A stretch of DNA of 62,912 bases, filler included, from Craspedostauros australis (Eukaryota), in NCBI GenBank assembly GCA_030167865.1. It is 9 parts of 9 records of this genome, joined end to end, with 100 filler letters (N's around TTAATTAATTAA, not from the genome) between each part and the next. Parts side by side here need not be neighbours in the genome. Positions count along the whole stretch, not along the records: positions 1 to 10,803 come from JALAGF010000779.1; positions 10,904 to 12,433 come from JALAGF010000781.1; 7 more parts are not named here. One strand, given 5' to 3'. The position numbers and the translations under genes are program-made. Below the pieces are notes generated by a model. The model did not search any database and was not told where the DNA came from. It was given only the letters and a program-made list of their open reading frames with translations. Numbering within the stretch: the stretch's first letter is position 1; each line of letters starts with the position of its first letter. Shown in pieces: positions 1 through 11,830 of this stretch.

Positions 1-175
1 AAATGTGAGATCATGCGCCACATGCTAACGTGTATTTAACGCGTACCAACCGAACGACATCTTCGACACCGTCTTCGTGACTGAGTACCATCCGATAAAT
101 AATCAAGAACATCACAGAACCTTCTGAGAAACAAGTAGGAGTTTCATGGGGTTCGACCCATACGACTCAAAAATG

Positions 176-345
176 CCTTGATGGGCTCATAAAACTTAAA
201 ATAAGGTCTAACCGGAAAGTAATTTGAATCATTATTTGGTTTTAGAATATGGGGATTATGAATATGTGGTTGGTTTGGATATCTGAGAAAAAAGGTGTTG
301 AGTCCCAGGACAAAGTGCAGGTCGACTCACTCGGGGGGCTCATAA
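176..345 (+). repeat. AT-rich ~154-bp repeat unit (copy A), inverted relative to 59014-59183
   Basis: 170 nt align ungapped to the reverse complement of 59014-59183 with 8 mismatches by manual count. GGGCTCATAA recurs at 183-192 and 336-345, 153 nt apart. Confidence 0.9.
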
Positions 346-961
346 GTGCAGAGACAGAAGAAAGGAATCGAAAGAAACGAGACAAACCAATCGAAAGTAG
401 GTTGGTGGGTCGAGAACAAAAAGAAGAACGCATCAACACACGAGGAACACAAGAGGAACACTGCTGTTGGCTCAAAGACAGAGAAACAGCCGTATTGGTG
501 GGAGTAGCACAACCACCAACATCGGCGACAACAGTGTTGAGTTATCGCGTCAGAAGAGGAAGAAGAACCCAAACAGAGCATCTGTTCGTGGGACAAAAAG
601 CTCGAAGACAAGGCAGACCTTCATCACATCACGTTACATTACATCACCTTCCACACACGCAAAAACAAGCACGCACACCAGTTCCTGCGCGATTGTTTTG
701 GTACGACACCTCCTCCTCGCCTTTTGTGCGCAATCAGTTCGATCAAACACTTTATCCGTATTCGCATTTGCGCGAGCCAGTGAGTGGAAAGCCCAAAACG
801 TTCTTCACCCATCACTCATCGTTCATCTGTCTCATAAAAAGTCAAACCAGACCAACTCAAAGCCAACACTCAATCAAACCAAACCACAACCCGCAAGCCA
901 TCTGACAATCGACCAGCCAACGCACCAAATCACAACCGATCATAACACATCCCCTGACAAC

Positions 962-1699
962 ATGAATCTCCTCGTTGAAAGCCCAATGGTTGCATCCAAC
1001 ATGCTCCCCCGAGGCCTGGCTCACAACAACGGCGAGAGCGCTGATGGCTACTCTCGCTTGTCGGCACCTCTCCCACCCTTCGCGAAGCGGCCAACTCTGA
1101 GCGCCGACATCAGCGGAAGCCTTCTCGACGATCTGCATCGATTCGCCGCGCCTTCGATGATCACCAGCAAGTCAAGGAGCGCACCCCTCGCACCATCCAT
1201 CTCAGCGCCATCATCATCGTCGCCATCGCCGATCGATACCGCAGGTCTCCTCAAGCTCTCCGGCATCTCACTGCTGGCACCCTCTTCCGAAGGGAAGGAC
1301 CAGAACAGCCAGGAGTCGCAGGTGTTCCACCAGGCCCTGCAGAGAATGCGCCAAGGCAGCGCCCTCGAACGACTGCGCAGCCGAAGGAGACAGGAGCTGC
1401 ACCAGATGGAGCAGAAGACACAGGAACACAAGCCACAGCACCAGCAGGCTTCGGCCCAGCAGGTCCCACCCGAGGTGAGATCCTCACCCAAGCGCGCAGC
1501 ACCAATCGACTTTGGCAGCGACAGCAGCCTCAGCGATGACAGCGCAAGCAGCACCGGAAGCAGAAAGAAGCGCCTCCTGCCAGCCGACGTCACCCACAGG
1601 GTGGTCCACCACATGACCAAATCACCGAGCACCGCAACCCTCGCACTCGGAGACGGCAAGCTACACAAACCAAACAGCGGCACGGCACGTTCCGCCTAA
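962..1699 (+). CDS. Hypothetical Ser/Pro/Gln-rich, probably disordered protein (245 aa)
   Basis: ATG at 962 follows an A/C-rich leader; GC3-rich codons; basic stretch RKKRLL; no recognisable domain. Confidence 0.55.
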   Translation: MNLLVESPMVASNMLPRGLAHNNGESADGYSRLSAPLPPFAKRPTLSADISGSLLDDLHRFAAPSMITSKSRSAPLAPSISAPSSSSPSPIDTAGLLKLSGISLLAPSSEGKDQNSQESQVFHQALQRMRQGSALERLRSRRRQELHQMEQKTQEHKPQHQQASAQQVPPEVRSSPKRAAPIDFGSDSSLSDDSASSTGSRKKRLLPADVTHRVVHHMTKSPSTATLALGDGKLHKPNSGTARSA

Positions 1700-2656
1700 G
1701 TCGTTTGGCTTGGGGACGCAAGTCTCGCCCATCAGGCGCCGCGCATCCCGCACTCCCTGATGGACCGCAGGACGAAAGGCAGAGGAGTTGAGACTGTTGA
1801 AGTTACGGTTGATCGAAATGACACAGCATTTCAGACGTACGTACTGTCTCCTTGAACGTATCGCCTCCTCGGCGCCCACACTCCTCTCTGGGACTGGCAC
1901 TGATGATGACAGCAGCAACACTAGCTGCAACAGCAACAACAACAAGAGCCACATCACACCATACAACCATAAACATACCACAAAGTAAAACTTGTCACAA
2001 TACAACACCATGAATCTACCACACAATCAAACTTGAAGTTCTAAGTATGTATGGCACTCCATTGTCCTCGTGGAGTATAACTGTTGCACGGGTATCTATG
2101 AGATGCTCCAGCTCAATTGCACTACTATTATCCTATGCTCTGATCCCGCCAAGACATGACGAGCGATGACTGGTGCCTCGTATCCCCTGCTCCTCCCTGT
2201 ACGACTACGACTACTTTGCTCATTCCTCATTCGTTCCCACCACGAAGGAGCGTTTGTCCATCATCTCTCGTCTCTCTCCTGTTGTTGCTACCTTGGTCGT
2301 ATTTGTTCCTTCGACACATTCCGCACGTATCAGCTATCGGCTTGTTTGTTCGTCCCGTCTGTGCGCCAACCGTTGCGGGATGTGCGTTCGCGAACGAGTT
2401 GACCATGGCGCTTTCTTGACTTTTCCACGCCGTTCCGACCAGCTCCAAACGTGGAGCCGCACGATCCACCGCTGCGTCCGGTTGGGAAGACATTGGGCAA
2501 GCGTGGATGTATGGTCGTGGGCTTCACAACGTCATATTCTATAATAGAATAGTTCATACCATACTTGTACCATATTATACTTGAAGCACACTTGGACCTG
2601 TAAATAGCATTGTGGCAGAGTGGAGTGGAGCGGAGTGGAGGAGCTGATCGTGGACC

Positions 2657-4444
2657 ATGTCGGAGGTTGCAGCGAACAGCTACGGGCTGGACTTCCTGCG
2701 ACGCGAGCACACGCTGAGCGAAGACGGACGACCACACCAGGCCTCGTCCCTGCCGTCCAACGGCGTCAACCGCGCGCTGTGGCGATCCAACGTCCGCGGC
2801 CACAGCGACAGCGACGACGATGATGACAACGACGACATCGATCTGGCCGCGCTCGTCGCCAACAAGCCGGATCTGGAGAAGCAGTTCATCGTCATCCACT
2901 TCCTGCAGGCGCATCGATCGTCGGGATGCCTCGCGCCCTCCGTCATCTACGAGAAGACGGGCGTCGATCTGCAGGAGAGCACGGCCGTGGCCGCCATGCT
3001 CAGGCACAATCCCAAGATCCGCGTCGAGCTCGAGCCGGATCCCGAGAACCCCTCCCTGCTCATCGAGACCTACGCCTACCAGGCAAAGTACAACCACGTG
3101 CGCGATCGCAAGACCTTGCTGGCGCAGATCAACCGCTGCAAGAACGGCGTGCCCATGCGGGATCTGGAGGATGCCTACGATGGCGTCGACGTCGATCTGG
3201 CGGCCTTGATCACGGCGGGAGATGTCGTCGCCATTGCCAACACGGAGGACAAGGACAAGATCATCTTTCCGCGCGGCGAGGTATTCCTCGTGGAGCTCGA
3301 TGGCATCGTGCAGATCGAGGGAATGGATTCGGACGATGATGATGATGACGATCGCAACGGTGACAACGGCGCGGACACAGACGACAAGGACAAGAATGGG
3401 AAGAAGTCAGACAAGGGCAAACGCCCGGACTCTGCTCTGTCATCATCATCGGCGTCTTCGTCGTCCGCCAAAGCAAAGGCCAAGGCGAAGGCCAAAGCCA
3501 AGGATGCCTCCAAGAACGGCTCTAAGAAACGACCGTACTCTGCAACTGCAGCAGCAGCGATTGCTGCCAGAAAGGCAAAGGCGAAGAAACGAAAGAAGAA
3601 GGTGCTTTCGGTGCGTGTGGATGTCGACCCGACGACGCAGATTCGACGCGGTGAAGCCGTGCAGGTCGCGGGCAGCTGGTTTCGGGTCAGCAGCGCCGTC
3701 AAGGAAGGGTCCTTGAAGGACCAGCCCACGCGTGCGCAGGCGCCCTTGTCCGTGGTGTCGTTGGCGGATCTGCCCAAGCGCAATGCGATCGATGGCTACA
3801 TTCGTGATCTCGACCACAACAACCTTCCCATCGACGCGGCGCTGCCCAAGGAGGCCGTGCAGAACTTGAAGAGCTCAAAGAAGGCCCGCGATGCGCTGCA
3901 CAAGCTCTCACATGGCCGCAGTGGTGGCGTCGCATCGCAGCTGCTCAGCAGCCACGCACATGCATCCAACCCCACCATGCTGGCGCAATCCTTCGGAACG
4001 GGAGCAGGCAACAAGATGCGCAAACGACCCAACAAGGGCAACTCCAGCACGCAGCAAAGCAAGCAGGACATCGCGATGGCCCAAAAGGCCGCTGCGGATA
4101 CCAACCTGCATCTCTACTCCCACGCCCGACGACACGGCTGCACCAAGGACGTGCGGTCCATGTACCTCGCCACGCGCTCTCTCGTCCCCGAATCCGACGC
4201 CGACGTGCACAATCTCCTGCGCAAGAACAAGCTCGCCGAGCCCGGCGAACAGCTGCGCCGACCGAGACTCAAGCGTAAGACCAACGTCGACAACGACGGC
4301 AAGCCGAAGAAGCGACGCTACTACGAGCGCAAGAATCAGCGCATGACCAATCTGCATCTCAAGGGCACAGAGATCGGTGCCATCTTGCAGCGGGCGTCGG
4401 AGAAGCAGCAGAAGGGAGAGTCGGTCGGAGATGGCGGAATGTAA
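2657..4444 (+). CDS. TFA2: General transcription factor TFIIE beta subunit-like protein with a large internal insertion (595 aa)
   Basis: LRHNPKIRV...YAYQAKYNHVRDRKTLLAQIN...GVPMRDLEDAY...KDKIIFPR resembles the TFIIE-beta winged-helix region. The basic C-terminal motif KKRRYYERKNQRMTNLHL resembles the TFIIE-beta tail. Confidence 0.75.
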   Translation: MSEVAANSYGLDFLRREHTLSEDGRPHQASSLPSNGVNRALWRSNVRGHSDSDDDDDNDDIDLAALVANKPDLEKQFIVIHFLQAHRSSGCLAPSVIYEKTGVDLQESTAVAAMLRHNPKIRVELEPDPENPSLLIETYAYQAKYNHVRDRKTLLAQINRCKNGVPMRDLEDAYDGVDVDLAALITAGDVVAIANTEDKDKIIFPRGEVFLVELDGIVQIEGMDSDDDDDDDRNGDNGADTDDKDKNGKKSDKGKRPDSALSSSSASSSSAKAKAKAKAKAKDASKNGSKKRPYSATAAAAIAARKAKAKKRKKKVLSVRVDVDPTTQIRRGEAVQVAGSWFRVSSAVKEGSLKDQPTRAQAPLSVVSLADLPKRNAIDGYIRDLDHNNLPIDAALPKEAVQNLKSSKKARDALHKLSHGRSGGVASQLLSSHAHASNPTMLAQSFGTGAGNKMRKRPNKGNSSTQQSKQDIAMAQKAAADTNLHLYSHARRHGCTKDVRSMYLATRSLVPESDADVHNLLRKNKLAEPGEQLRRPRLKRKTNVDNDGKPKKRRYYERKNQRMTNLHLKGTEIGAILQRASEKQQKGESVGDGGM

Positions 4445-6427
4445 ACCTGCGTCTTGCGCTCGATCAATTGCAGATTCCGCCATGGCACTGCAGCAGTTGC
4501 CATTGCGAAACATGGAGAAACTCAAATGGCGACGAAAACATGAAGGCAAATCAAAGATATAGAGACACAGAAAGGAGAACTGTGATAGGAAAGACGAACA
4601 TATTACTAGAATACATTTGGAAACTTGTACATGTACACATGGAAGTGCAGATACGTAGGAGCTACCCATGAAGTGCCGATGCTATTCCCCGAACCCGCCC
4701 TTTGTACTCGCCGCGGACGAGAACAAGGCACGCAAGAACCACATCGTGCAACATTGCGCTCTGGCGAATGACAAAGGAAGAACTAGAGGGCATGTAATGT
4801 GCACTCGCAGATGTGGCAGCACACACATGGAGTATCTCATTCCTACCTACTTGTCGTGCAGAGGATGATATTCTATTTTCCAGCCTCGCTGCCTGACCGC
4901 CGAAAGGAGTCTATCCTCATGCCCAGCGATGGAGAAGCTGAGATCTACACCGCGCGTGTTAGTACCAAAACAAGCACAACCCACGAATGGACACAACGCG
5001 GTGATATCTCCATGCCAAACAAGCCAGAAACAACATGGATTCAGAAAAATGAACACTGACTGTCAATTCTCTGTTGTATTCGTTCCATTATAGCTGTATA
5101 TTGTAATTTACCGCTGTTAACATCCGGGTCGTCGACCACCAGGGTGCTGAATAATTTGTCATATATTCAGTCTGTACAACGTTCAATAGTCGTGTTGGCT
5201 GAAACAAGACTTCAGCGCTCGAAGAGACAAAGCTACTTTTCTGGTCCTGACATCATGTGACGCCCACGTGGACCAGCAAGAGTGTAGAGAAGACTGCAAG
5301 AGCTTCACGACATACGGAGTGTAATCAAGGAACTCAATCAAGCTTGCCGCAGGTCGTGTGTGTTGTTCTCATCACGCCTCGCAGTCTTGTGCAAAACCAC
5401 GTTTGCGTACCCTGCATACGAGGTACGAGTGGAATACCGGAATGTTCACAGAGCGTGACTGTGTACGAGCATGGTAGACGCTGTTAGGCCCTCATCTTCG
5501 CTCTCGGGTCCGCAAGTGCGATGTTCGGATGGATGCTCTGCGCTCTTACAAGAGCGCAATTGTGGGTTTCGCGTTATCGTATGACCGACTCTACGCCCGC
5601 TCTCGTCGCCCAAGTACCGTGACATGAAGGTTCGAGGTATGCTCAGGATGATGTGAGAAGAGCACATGAGCTTAGAGTGTGCGAGTGTGATGCACCGTCA
5701 TTTGACAAACGGCACCCGACAAATTGGACAACGAGTGATTTCGGCGAGGGGCGTGTTTGCGATGTGGAGCCCAAGGAGGATGTGACTGAGAACTTCGACC
5801 TTTCACATTTATCGACATCGTCAACAAGACACAAACCAAGAGCACGTTTTGACCCAGGTTAAATGAAGAGGATACCGTCTATAAATACCCGTGTCGTTGG
5901 TGATGTCACAGTGTCACTGTGAAATCACCCCACCAAAACAAAAAAACTGCATCAACATCACACACGTCTCTATTTTTGCTCGCTGGTGCATGCAGCATCA
6001 ACGAAACCCACAACGAATTCTGTCGCTGTGGCGTTGACCACACGAAAACACGGGCATGCCTCGTGCACCGTCCCACGAGCCGACATTGGGGAAGAACTCG
6101 CAGAGTACATGCGCAAGTGCGCGCACGAGCTATTCCAGGAACTGCTCACGGGACATACGCGAACGGGGACAGAGGCACATGATGACTTGTGGTGGCACCA
6201 GTCCACAGCAAAATACGAGTACGAGTACGAGTACGAGTGCGAGGATAATGTGACAACAACGCAGAAACACACAGAAACACACACAACAACGAGCAGAGAA
6301 ATTCGACGAACCCCACAACGATGTCACAAAACCGGAGCAGAGCAAAGCAAGAACAGCCACAGCAGCAGCAACAACATCAGCACCAGCAACAACGATTACG
6401 ACCACGACGCAATCACCAATAGCAATC

Positions 6428-7399
6428 ATGACAGTCACCGAGATCACAGCCGTTCCCACTTCGCGAAGCCAATCGATGGAGCAACCACCAATGGGCAGGA
6501 GGGCCAAGCGACGCAGCACCCGCATCTCGTTCATTGTGGAGTTCTCGGCAGAGGAGATCGACGGCAAGGATGCCCCGAAACGCTCCTCCATCATCCAGGT
6601 GGAGTTCAACGAGGTGGCGGAGCGATCCGAAGGCATGATGCGGGCATTCGTTGCCGCGATGATCATGCTGATGGCGACGCTCACTGGCTACCAGGCGCAA
6701 TTGGCGAATGATGCACGCAGGGTCGAGATCGACAACTCCCTGTTCATACCTGGAGGTGGTGTCTCGGCCCTGTTCTACATGTTCGGTCAGCTCAAGAGCA
6801 TCCCGCGCGAGGAGCTGCTGAACCAGGTGAACGTGTGCAACTCGGCCGGGTGCGCGGCCTTGTTCGCTGTCCTCCTCGAATGGGAGGACGAAGATCTGCT
6901 CGACGTGGCGGCAGACATTCAGGGGAAGTACTTGGACGGCGAATACCATCGACAGGAGGTGTCGCAGCGTCTTTGGGATCACATCGTGGGCAGCATGGAC
7001 TTCGAGAATGACAATATCCCCGACTGGTTCTCCAACGTCCGTGTGCTGACCAGTACCTCCGAAACACTGCAGGCGGCCGGCGACAAGCCGCTCTCCGCGA
7101 CAGAAATCGCATCGTCATTATGGACGATGGAGTCGGCGATGCACACACCCACGAGTAAGGAGCACGTTGCGGACATCGCATTGCAATCGGCGTGGGTGCC
7201 GGTGGCGTTGGCCCCGGCCTTCCATCACAAGGGACACAACGACGGTGGATTCACAAGCCATCTGCATCCCAAGTGCACTCGATCCATCCCGTACATCTAC
7301 TCGTACGAGATGATGCGCTATTCGGCGGACCCCAGCATCAGCCGAGAACTGCAGGAGAAATTCATCGCCGCTGGGAGAAGCGGGAACCTCCCCAATTGA
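6428..7399 (+). CDS. Patatin-like phospholipase (323 aa) with an N-terminal hydrophobic anchor
   Basis: Motifs in patatin order: Gly-rich loop FIPGGGVSALFYMFG, nucleophile elbow CNSAG, SAWVP, NDGGF. Hydrophobic helix AFVAAMIMLMATL precedes the domain. Confidence 0.65.
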   Translation: MTVTEITAVPTSRSQSMEQPPMGRRAKRRSTRISFIVEFSAEEIDGKDAPKRSSIIQVEFNEVAERSEGMMRAFVAAMIMLMATLTGYQAQLANDARRVEIDNSLFIPGGGVSALFYMFGQLKSIPREELLNQVNVCNSAGCAALFAVLLEWEDEDLLDVAADIQGKYLDGEYHRQEVSQRLWDHIVGSMDFENDNIPDWFSNVRVLTSTSETLQAAGDKPLSATEIASSLWTMESAMHTPTSKEHVADIALQSAWVPVALAPAFHHKGHNDGGFTSHLHPKCTRSIPYIYSYEMMRYSADPSISRELQEKFIAAGRSGNLPN

Positions 7400-8312
7400 A
7401 GCACCATGACTGTGCAGGATTTAGACAACACGACAAGAGCAGAATCGATGAGAAGAACTGTCTCCGCGAAGATCACGAAACACGAGTACACACTCGGACA
7501 TGTACGAGTCACGCGTACACGAACACGCTACCCACCATACATACCAATATGTTCGGCGCATACGTACCGGTGCATAGATGCAGCAACACGAAGCGCGTGA
7601 TAGAAAAAAGTCATCGGAGGTGGTTCTGGAGGTACTGACAGGAGGCCACGCGTGACCCGCAACACCCAAAAGAACATACCGCACAGTCCATACAACCCCC
7701 GGTGCAGATAAAATTAGAGTACAAATAGCCACGAAACCCATTAAAGCCGCTAAGCCACCCAACCCCATTCGACTATTCAAGCGAGAAACCAACTTGGGTG
7801 TTTGTCCGGGCTTCCAGACAGGCGTAGTGGCATGGTTGTGGATGCTTGAGCATCAGATGACATCTACGAAGTAGAGACGTACACAAACACAGACGGATGT
7901 TTTCGCGAGGGTTCCGAAAACGAAGTTTGTGTGTTGCTGTCACGTTCGTTAATCACTGATGTAGATCAAGAGTCAATGCACAATTCATGTTCAGTGGGCT
8001 ACACTTATTGTACTTTGGTAAAGTTTGCTTCAATCTGCTTCACCTCGCTTCGTGTTGCAAGGTCATGGTACCTCTCTCCAGCCCAAGCGTTGTGACGTGT
8101 TGCGATGTGTTGTGGTAGGTATATGTACGGCATGCGATTGCGCTTTGCCTCCATTGGATGCAAGCGGCGCCATGGTCTGAGATTCACGATACATCTCAAA
8201 GATACCATTGGCGCCGTGATACGGGTGATGTGTTCATCCGTATGTTGATGTGTGTTGGCGTGTTCTTGTGGCGCATTGTGGTTGCGCATCGATGCACCAA
8301 GTGTCAACGTGC

Positions 8313-9959
8313 TTACTTCTGCACACCCTTCTCCTCGTCACTCTCGGCGGCACTGTCGTTCTCCTCCTGGTTCAGCTTGTTCATGGCAGAAGTCTCCATG
8401 CGAAGGGCAGACTCGAAGACGGCGGCGTCGGCCTTGCTCTCGCAACCATCGACCTCCTCGCGGAGGGTCTTGATGTTGGACAGGATGCCCTCGCGACGGA
8501 CGGAGTAAGACTCATTCTGTGACGCCAAGGCCTTCTGCATCTCAAGGTATTCCTGCGGGACCTTTCCGGCATCAGCCTTGTTGATAAGCACGTTGGTTCT
8601 CACATGCAGGTTGCGGTTGCTCTTGTGGTCTGGCTTCATGCCGGCGGCGCGCTCTTCTGGGGTGCCGATGTACACCTCATCAAGCTGGAAGCCAGAGACG
8701 GCCTTGTGGACGGAGGCAAGGACCCAGGCTCCGGAGCAGATACCGGTGGCTTCCAACAACAGACAGAACTGGAGGAAGATGTAGACGATTGGGTTGGAAA
8801 GGAAGGCGATGGGGAAGACGGATGCGACCAGCTGCCATGTGATGGAAGCGATGATGGTGGTGATGAGGGCTCCGAGAAGTCCGGTGTTGAAGAATTCCTG
8901 GGTGCTGTCGGAGACTCCGAAGATGTTCTCGCCAGTTCTGACCTCGACATCAACAGTGGTGACATGGGCGATGATGAAGAAGCACATGGTGACACAGATC
9001 TGTCATCCGATCATGAATCCTGGAAGGTTGCGTCCGTCACCGCGGAAGAGGGGCTCGCAGGTCTTGCGTGCCATCGGGTGGTCTCCACGCTCCTCCTTTG
9101 GAAGCTTGGCGACAGCGAAGAAGGCGATCTGCATACCCTCCAGCATACCCACGATGGACATGAAGAGGAAGAAGAGGATGACAGCAACTCCGTTTGGCAC
9201 TCCGGCCCACATGGTGGTCTTTCCATCGAAGAGGGCGACGAGGGTGACGGCCATGGCATAGCACAGGATGGCAAGGGAGACGAGGATGCGGCCCCAGTAG
9301 AAGAGGTTCTGGGCACCGTCACGTGGTGGTTCCTTCGACTCGATTTCCTTGCCGGATGCCCAGACGAAGAACATCTGGACGAGGTAGCATGAATGCAGAA
9401 GTCCGGAGAACTCGATGGCGAGGGCGACGTAGAGGGTGAAGACAGCAAAAAAGTTGTTGATGTAGTCAAGCATACAGAGGGAGGCGTTGACTTGGGAGTT
9501 GAGCTGTCCGGCTTGAGCGGTCATGAGGATCATGGCGGCTCCGGATCCGAGGAGGATCTGGATGATGATGTCTGGGAGTCCGAAGACCTCGGCATCGGCG
9601 AGCGGGGCACCGCACTGGTTGATGGTGAAGACCATGAGGAGGACCATGAATTGACGTCCCATGAGGTAGCGGTCGAGGTTGTCACCCTTGTGGGCGAGGG
9701 AGGTGCACTGGTGGGCGGTTGGGTGGGATTCGACGTAGAGGTCGCGGTCGACTGGTGGGAGACCGACGAGGGACCCCTGTCCTCCCTCCACCATGTTGAG
9801 CCAGACGAGGGCTGTGATCATGATGACGACGGTGACCACTGGGTGGACCTCGGACGAGACCTTGGTCTGCTCATTGAAGATGAGTCCGCAGACGATCATG
9901 ATCGAGAAGATGAGGAGTCCGGTGGAGTACACCGACTTGATGAGCTGAATGGGATCCAT
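8313..9959 (-). pseudogene. SIT: Diatom silicon transporter (SIT), full-length frame of 548 codons interrupted by one in-frame TGA at 9003-9005
   Basis: EGGQ, GRQ, CMLD and EGMQ motifs; fourth GXQ reads GGA-TGA-CAG. About 10 hydrophobic segments and a coiled-coil-like C-terminus. ORFs 9003-9959 and 8313-8987 share one frame. Confidence 0.9.
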
Positions 9960-10514
9960 CTTGCTTGTCTTTCTGTTTGTTGCTTTTGCTCTGGCTGTCG
10001 CTTCTTGTTGCTGTGATGCGTTGCAAAAGTCGCGATGGTTGAAATTGTGAGTGATGCAAAGTCAGGTTCGATGAATGCCGTGAAGGCATGTGTGGTTGTA
10101 CGTGGTCGTATGCAGTTGCACATAACGCATTGCTTTCGAAAATAACGGATGTTAAACGATCACATCGAGATGTGCACATGTTGCGCAGGAAGCGAGTTAT
10201 GAGCGTAGTTTTGACATCAATCCAGAGAGTGACTGCTCAACGCTCTACGAGTACAAGATGACGTTTGTAGAGTGGTCGATTGTGTATTGTATTCTTTGTT
10301 GTATTCTGTTCTATTGCGTGTATTCTATTGTATTCTATGTTCTATGTTCTATGGTGTATGGGGTGCTGTATGTTTGCTGTGTATATGGTTGCTGTATTGG
10401 TGTTGGTGCTCGGTCGTGATGAGACTCACTTCCTTGCGTGAAAAATTGCGTGTGGAGATGTGCGAGGATGCGTGAGGCTTCACAACAAGCCTCGTTGTGC
10501 TGCAGCGCACTTGT

Positions 10515-10803
10515 TTACGCCATGACGCTGTCATCCGAAGACTGAAGACGAGCCATGAAGAGGTCGGTCATGCGGTTGCCACCCTGAAGCTTCGCAGACT
10601 TCACGATGCTTGACACATCCTTGTCCCAGATCTCCTCGTAAGACTTGATCAGTCCGGACACTGGGCAGCGCTTCATGACGACGGTTCCGCTCAGGAAGCA
10701 CTTGGGCGAGAATGGACCGCGGAATGTCAAGTCCTCCTCGAAGCGGAAGGTCACGGCGTGCTTGGTCACCGAAAGGGTGTCCTCGATGAGTCGCGACTCG
10801 CAT
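10515..10803 (-). CDS. 3' fragment of a possible NTF2/SnoaL-like protein, truncated by a gap
   Basis: VTFRFEEDLTF...LSGTVVMKR...GLIKSYEEIWD has an alternating beta-strand pattern ending in ExWD; GC3-rich codons. Confidence 0.45.
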
Positions 10804-10903
10804 NNNNNNNNNNNNNNNNNNNNNNNNNNNNNNNNNNNNNNNNNNNNTTAATTAATTAANNNNNNNNNNNNNNNNNNNNNNNNNNNNNNNNNNNNNNNNN
10901 NNN
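10804..10903. other. Artificial contig-joining spacer N44-TTAATTAATTAA-N44 (first of eight)
   Basis: Identical 100-nt blocks also at 12434-12533, 27429-27528, 31392-31491, 33482-33581, 39276-39375, 60128-60227 and 61769-61868. The 12-mer has stops in all six frames. Confidence 0.97.
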
Positions 10904-11279
10904 GTTGATTGACAGGAAGAGCCTAGATGGATGGCTTCAAGACAGCGGCGAGTTGGATGAAGGACTCTCTGGTGATACCAACGAAGTTGTAGAACTCCAT
11001 AGCATCACCATGTTTGAGAATGTTTCGCCAGAAGGTACTAGTGTCACAAGAGAAAATCCCAAGCTCTAGTAGTGGCCTCTGCGCAAAGCAGTAGGCAAGC
11101 CACTGTGGAGGTAGTCAGCAACAGCGAACATGAGAAGACGCTGCAGCGCCATGAGTTTCTCATTTATTTTTATATCACAATGATTATAACTGTTAAGTCA
11201 TGCGCCGACGGGCTTTGATTCCGCCTCGTTTATTCAACATGATAGCATGCTGCGGAAACGGAGTGAAGCCGAGTGATGC

Positions 11280-11830
11280 CTAGTGTGTGCAAGGTGATAT
11301 TGTGGGACTGTTGGCTGGCATTGCAGACAGGTGATCCGATTGCGAGCTGGGGTCAGTGTCCTTTTGCTGGCACAGCTGGAGCATCCAATTGACGAGCACT
11401 ATGGGAGCGTGGGGGTGGCGTCTCCGAGACCTGATCTCATAGCTTGGGTCCATCCAGACAGTGCCACCATTTGATGTGAAGGGGGGCGCTCCCAAAGGGT
11501 TCGGAGCACCGCTGGGACGTCCGCAGGCAGTAGTGCTTGGAGTTGTAGGGCCTGCTCCTGGAGGAGCGCAATCATGTCCTTGGCTGTCTGCTCTGCCTTT
11601 GCTGAGTGGCGATCTTGCCATTGCTCCAGGGCTGTGTGCCAGAGTAGATTAGAAACACTGGGCTGCCAGTCACGTAGAAGGCAGGACGCTTGTCGGCGCG
11701 CTTGCTGTCCCATGGGAGGCGCATGCTCATGCCAAAGGGAGGCCTATCCACCCCATACTATGGCCATTCACCCTACTGCTGCCTGCTGTAGCTGAATATG
11801 TTTGGTGGGCGAATCATGGATGCCGGAAGG
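11280..11830 (-). mobile_element. Degenerate relic resembling the C-terminal region of a diatom non-LTR retrotransposon ORF
   Basis: Minus strand reads QQAAVG*MAIVWGG*ASLW...WQPSVSNLLWHTALEQWQDRH, a Q-x-x-[IV]GW...G...S-x-x-W...LW...W-x-x-R pattern with two Trp codons apparently turned to stops. Located on a short contig; boundaries approximate. Confidence 0.4.

Noticed and set aside
10848..10859. Recurring TTAATTAATTAA as a biological motif or CRISPR-like repeat
   Set aside because: Always centred in N44 blocks; it is an assembly linker. ORFs ending in XXXLIN are artefacts of it.
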